DNA of 64,000 bases from Chrysomallon squamiferum (taxonomy: Eukaryota > Animalia > Mollusca): contig CM022678.1 in assembly GCA_012295275.1 (NCBI GenBank), positions 11,656,001 to 11,720,000 of the forward strand, read 5' to 3'. A program made the position numbers and the translations under genes. This document shows positions 59,214 to 64,000 of the stretch, in pieces. Numbering within the stretch: the first letter of the stretch is position 1; every line of letters begins with the position of its first letter. The notes under the pieces are model-generated. The model saw nothing but the letters and a program-made list of their open reading frames with translations, was not told where the DNA came from and did not search any database.

Positions 59214-59308
<95 letters not shown>

Positions 59309-60123
59309 TGTTGGTTTAACTCGCTGCTGATGATTAGTGAATCTTTCATTCATTATTTAAATTCATCCAGCCATCCTTCCGTCAATATTTCTATTAATCT
59401 CTCATTCCATCTATACAGTTTATACAGTTTATCCATCTATGCTTTTTGTTTTTTTTCCTTCTTTCACATCATTTTATTTATTTATTATTATTATTATTTT
59501 TTTTTTTATTATTATTATTATTTTTTTTTTTTCAGCTTCGGTGGTAAATCGGGCGGGAAAGGGGGAGGTTTTTAAAAACAGTTGCAGACGACAGAGATAT
59601 TTAATGATGTGACTGACAGGGACACTGCGGCCATGACCTTCGTGAACTGATGGATTGTGTTTACATATTTAAGGCCTCTGACGTCATGAGAATGTTAATG
59701 CGATGTCTATTTTTAGCTGGTCACGAACACTTTGTTCAAATCCTGCTCAACCAAAACCGTAAAAGTTTAAGCCGATTCAGTGAGGTGATCTGAAAGCGGG
59801 TACAACGACACGTGATACAGTTAGATACAAAGGTTTGAAAGACGCGAAATTAGAGCAGTCACAAATAGATGTATGAGTTCGTCATTTCTGTGTGGTTGTT
59901 TTGTATGTATAATGCATGCTTGTATGTATGTATGTATGTATGTATGTATGTATGTATGTATGTATGTATGTATGTATGTATTATGTTTGTATGTATGTAT
60001 GTATGTATGTATATATGTATGTATGTATGTATGTATGTTTTTATGTATGTATGTATGTATGTATGTATGTATGTATGTATGTGTGTGTGTGTGTATATAT
60101 GTGTGTGTGTGTGTGTGTGTATG

Positions 60124-60154
<31 letters not shown>

Positions 60155-60387
60155 TTTAAGATTATGAATATTTTCTGTTATATGTACGTCTGAATAGACT
60201 GCACACAGACAATATTCAGTAAAGCACTGGCGTAGGAGGACAAAGTCCAATCACGACCTCACAAACCTGTCAGATGCCGCTGACGAGACTCGAACGTATG
60301 ACACTCCGAAGGCGCATGATGTTACCGTTATGTATGTGTATACGTGTGTACGTATATGTGTGTGTGAGTGTGTTTGTATGTATGTAC

Positions 60388-60432
<45 letters not shown>

Positions 60433-60607
60433 CATGTTCGGCATGTGTGTGTATGTGCGCGCACGTACATTTGTATGTATTTAGGAATGAATATTCTTTG
60501 TCTCATGTACGTCATTCGTGAACGCATTTGCACATGATAAACACTTATACTGTGTGTGCGTGTGTGCGAGTTTGAGTGTATGTGAGTTTACATACAAGCA
60601 GCTTTAT

Positions 60608-60777
<170 letters not shown>

Positions 60778-61989
60778 ACATACATACATGTAACATATCT
60801 CGAGGTCTGACAAGCTGTGAAACAGGACCCCTCTGTATAAGGACCCCTCTGTACCATTATTAGAAGGTTGTTGTAATTTAAAACGTGTTTATTTTCGAGC
60901 TGTATGAATCAGCGGCTGTTAACACAGGCTTTTTTAACTTGCGCTGTAAGAGGATTTATCTTTTTATTTATCTCTTAATTTATTCTATCTCACTATTATT
61001 AAAAAAAAATTAAATACTGTTATTGTAAACTCACAGTCAGAATCATAGTCACGTTTTATATAATGCGCACTTACATACATACATACATACATACATATTT
61101 ACATACTTGCAATGCATACATACATATATACAAACATACATTCATGCATACATTCACACATACATATAATTTAGCATGTATTTATATGTAAATGATAATG
61201 CACATATTTTCCTACATAACGTCAGAGATATACACATACATACATCCATACGTACGTACATGCGTACATTCATACATCAGTATACACATATGTTCATACA
61301 TATATATACACAGAAACATGTCTATATGCATATACTTTTAAATAATCAGATCATGCATATACAGCGTATACATAAAGAATATAATGTGATTACAACACAC
61401 ACACACACACACACACACAGACAGACAGACACACACACGCACGCACACACACAGATATACAGATAGATACTTTAAATACACTTACTGGTCCGGGTTCTTC
61501 TATTTCCAATGCGTAAACTGATTTTTTTCCCATTCTGGAAAACAACTAGGAGTCTTTTCGCCGCGAACAAGAAAAGTCACTCGAGCAGACGTCTCAACGC
61601 CAGATACGCGCCAAGTCGCGTGTCGTCAAGTCACGTGACGTAGCAACTGTGACGTCACCGCATCTGTCCATTTATTTCCTGTACTGCGTTTGACTGTCTA
61701 TTACAATACCCTCCGGATACGGGACGAGTTATTCGGGGACGAGTTGAAAGCGAGGCTGTGCTGTGCCGGGGAGAGCGTGCTGAGGTTCTGTTACGAAGCG
61801 TGAAGAGAGTATTCTGAGGAGCTATTTTTAATCTCACTTAATATCGCTGAGTCATCGTTTACCACTGGAGTCATGGTGACATTGAATGGCAAAAAACAAC
61901 AACAACCAAATAATAAATAAATAAAATAATAATAATAATTAAAGAAATAAAAAATGATAATAAAAAAATGATAATAAAATAAATGTTAT

Positions 61990-62790
61990 TACAGTAGTAG
62001 CAATAATAGTAGTAGTAGTAGTAGTAGTATATCACTATTAACAGTAGTAGTAGTAGCAATAGTAATAGTAGTAGCAGTAGTAGTAGTATATCACTATTAA
62101 CAGTAGTAGTAGTAGCAATAGTAATAGTAGTAGTAGTAGTAGTAGTATATCACTATTAACAGTAGTTGTAGTAGCAATAGTAATAGTAGTAGTAGTAGTA
62201 GTATATCACTATTAACCAGTAGCAAAGTAAGTAGTAGTAGTAGTAGTATATCACTATTAACAGTAGTAGTAGTAGCAAGTAGTAGTAGTAGTAGTATATC
62301 ACTATTAACAGTAGTAGTAGTAGCAATAGTAACAGTAGTAGCAGTAGTAGTAGTATATCACTATTAACAGTAGTAGTAGTAGCAATAGTAATAGTGAGTA
62401 GTAGTAGTAGTAGTAGTATATCACTATTAACAGTAGTAGTAGTAGTAGCAATAGTAATAGTAGTAGCAGTAGTAGTAGTATATCACTATTAACAGTATTA
62501 ATAGTAGTAGTAGTAGTAGTAGTATATCACTATTAACAGTAGTAGTAGTAGCAATAGTAATAGTAGTAGTAGTAGTAGTAGTAGTATATCACTATTAACA
62601 GTAGTAGTAGTAGCAATAGTAATAGTAGTAGCAGTAGTAGTAGTATATCACTATTAACAGTAGTAGTAGTAGCAATAGTAATAGTAGTAGTAGTAGTAGT
62701 AGTAGTAATCACTATTAACAGTAGTAGCAATAGCAGTAGTAGCAGTATATCACTATTAACAGTAGTAGTAGTAGCAATAGTAATAGTAGT
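61990..62790. repeat. Higher-order array: constant ATCACTATTAAC anchor x14 separated by variable (TAG)n-based spacers, modal period ~59 bp
   Basis: Anchors near 62031, 62090, 62149, 62205, 62250, 62298, 62357, 62420, 62482, 62526, 62588, 62647, 62708 and 62749. Confidence 0.92.
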
Positions 62791-63295
62791 AGCAGCAGTA
62801 CTAGTAGTAGTAATTGCAATAGTAAAAGTAGATTTAGTACTAATAACAGTAGTAGCAGTGGTACTAGTAGTAGTAATAGTAATAGTAGTAGTACTAGTAA
62901 TAGCAGTAGCTGTAGTAGAAGTAGTAGTAGCAGTAGTAGTAGCAGCAATAATAGTAACAGCAGAGAAGTGGTAGTACTGGTGCTGCTGTGGTAGTTGTAG
63001 TAGTTGTAGCAGTAGTAGTAGTAATCACTGTGAGAATGATAAGACTGAAATTATTTGTAGCGGTGGAGTAGTGGTTAAGAATTGTAAGTTACAGTAATAG
63101 TGGTAGTGACAATAGAAGCTGTTGTTGTAGCTGTTGTTGTTGCTGTTGTGTTAGTGGTATCGGGAGGAGCAACAGTGGTAACAGATGAACAGAAAGAAAG
63201 AAAATGTAGACAGAATAAAAAGAAAAGAAAGAAGAATAAGAATGAAAGAAGTGAACAAGGAAGATGAAAAAATAAAAAAAATGATGATGGCTTTA

Positions 63296-63510
<215 letters not shown>

Positions 63511-63833
63511 TAAAAAAAATAGTAATAATAATGATATGTATGTATACTGAAAAAAAAAAATTAAAAAAAAAAAAAAAATAAAATAAAATAAAGAAACTGA
63601 AAAGTAATGTGTCTGTCTGGGAGTGAGTGAATGGAAGGCAGAAGACAAGAAAGATAATTAAAACTGAAATCAGATCTCTCTCGTAACAACCACACGTATA
63701 AATAACTGATACTAAGAGTCACGCGCATTTTTATAACGTTTATTTTACATTCTCAGCAAAAAAAAAAAAAATGTTGTTTTTTTCTTTTTTCTTTATTATT
63801 ATTATTTTTTTAGTCTTGTCGCTAAGTTACAGG

Positions 63834-63864
<31 letters not shown>

Positions 63865-64000
63865 TCCCTTTCGTATGCATTTTTTTAAATTTTCACTGCA
63901 GTACAGTTTATGAGACTGTTCCACATTTTATAATTCTGTATACTTACTCGTTACACTACAACATTTCTTTCATAAGGAAAACACAAAACGGTTACAGTAT

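Noticed and set aside
61990-62790. CRISPR-like constant repeat with variable spacers
   Set aside because: Spacers are (TAG)n microsatellite variants of each other, the anchor is only ~12-17 bp and there are no cas genes.

Overview
AT-rich, very microsatellite-dense eukaryotic DNA, animal-like and probably an invertebrate such as a mollusc (inferred from style only). Almost all ORFs in the supplied track are translations of simple repeats. One real gene is visible: a spliced, minus-strand, four-EF-hand calmodulin-like gene that is not canonical calmodulin. I reconstruct four exons: 25382-25550, 6470-6613, 1382-1636 and 1-63 (running off the window). All have GT-AG boundaries, and the three introns sit at calmodulin-homologous phase-1 positions. 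The protein has a 4-residue longer central linker, a C-terminal extension and a possible Lys-rich N-terminal extension. The most unusual structure is that both internal EF-hand exons carry tandem duplications of their own 3' splice site plus the first part of the exon (3 extra copies and 1 extra copy), forming decoy acceptors or potential poison exons. Also present: a 597-bp TA-flanked Tc1/mariner-superfamily (Tc2/pogo-like) MITE, several structured minisatellites, many CRE palindromes, several RFX X-box-like motifs and a dense promoter-like motif cluster near 48.6-49.2 kb. The gene's first exon could not be located with confidence.
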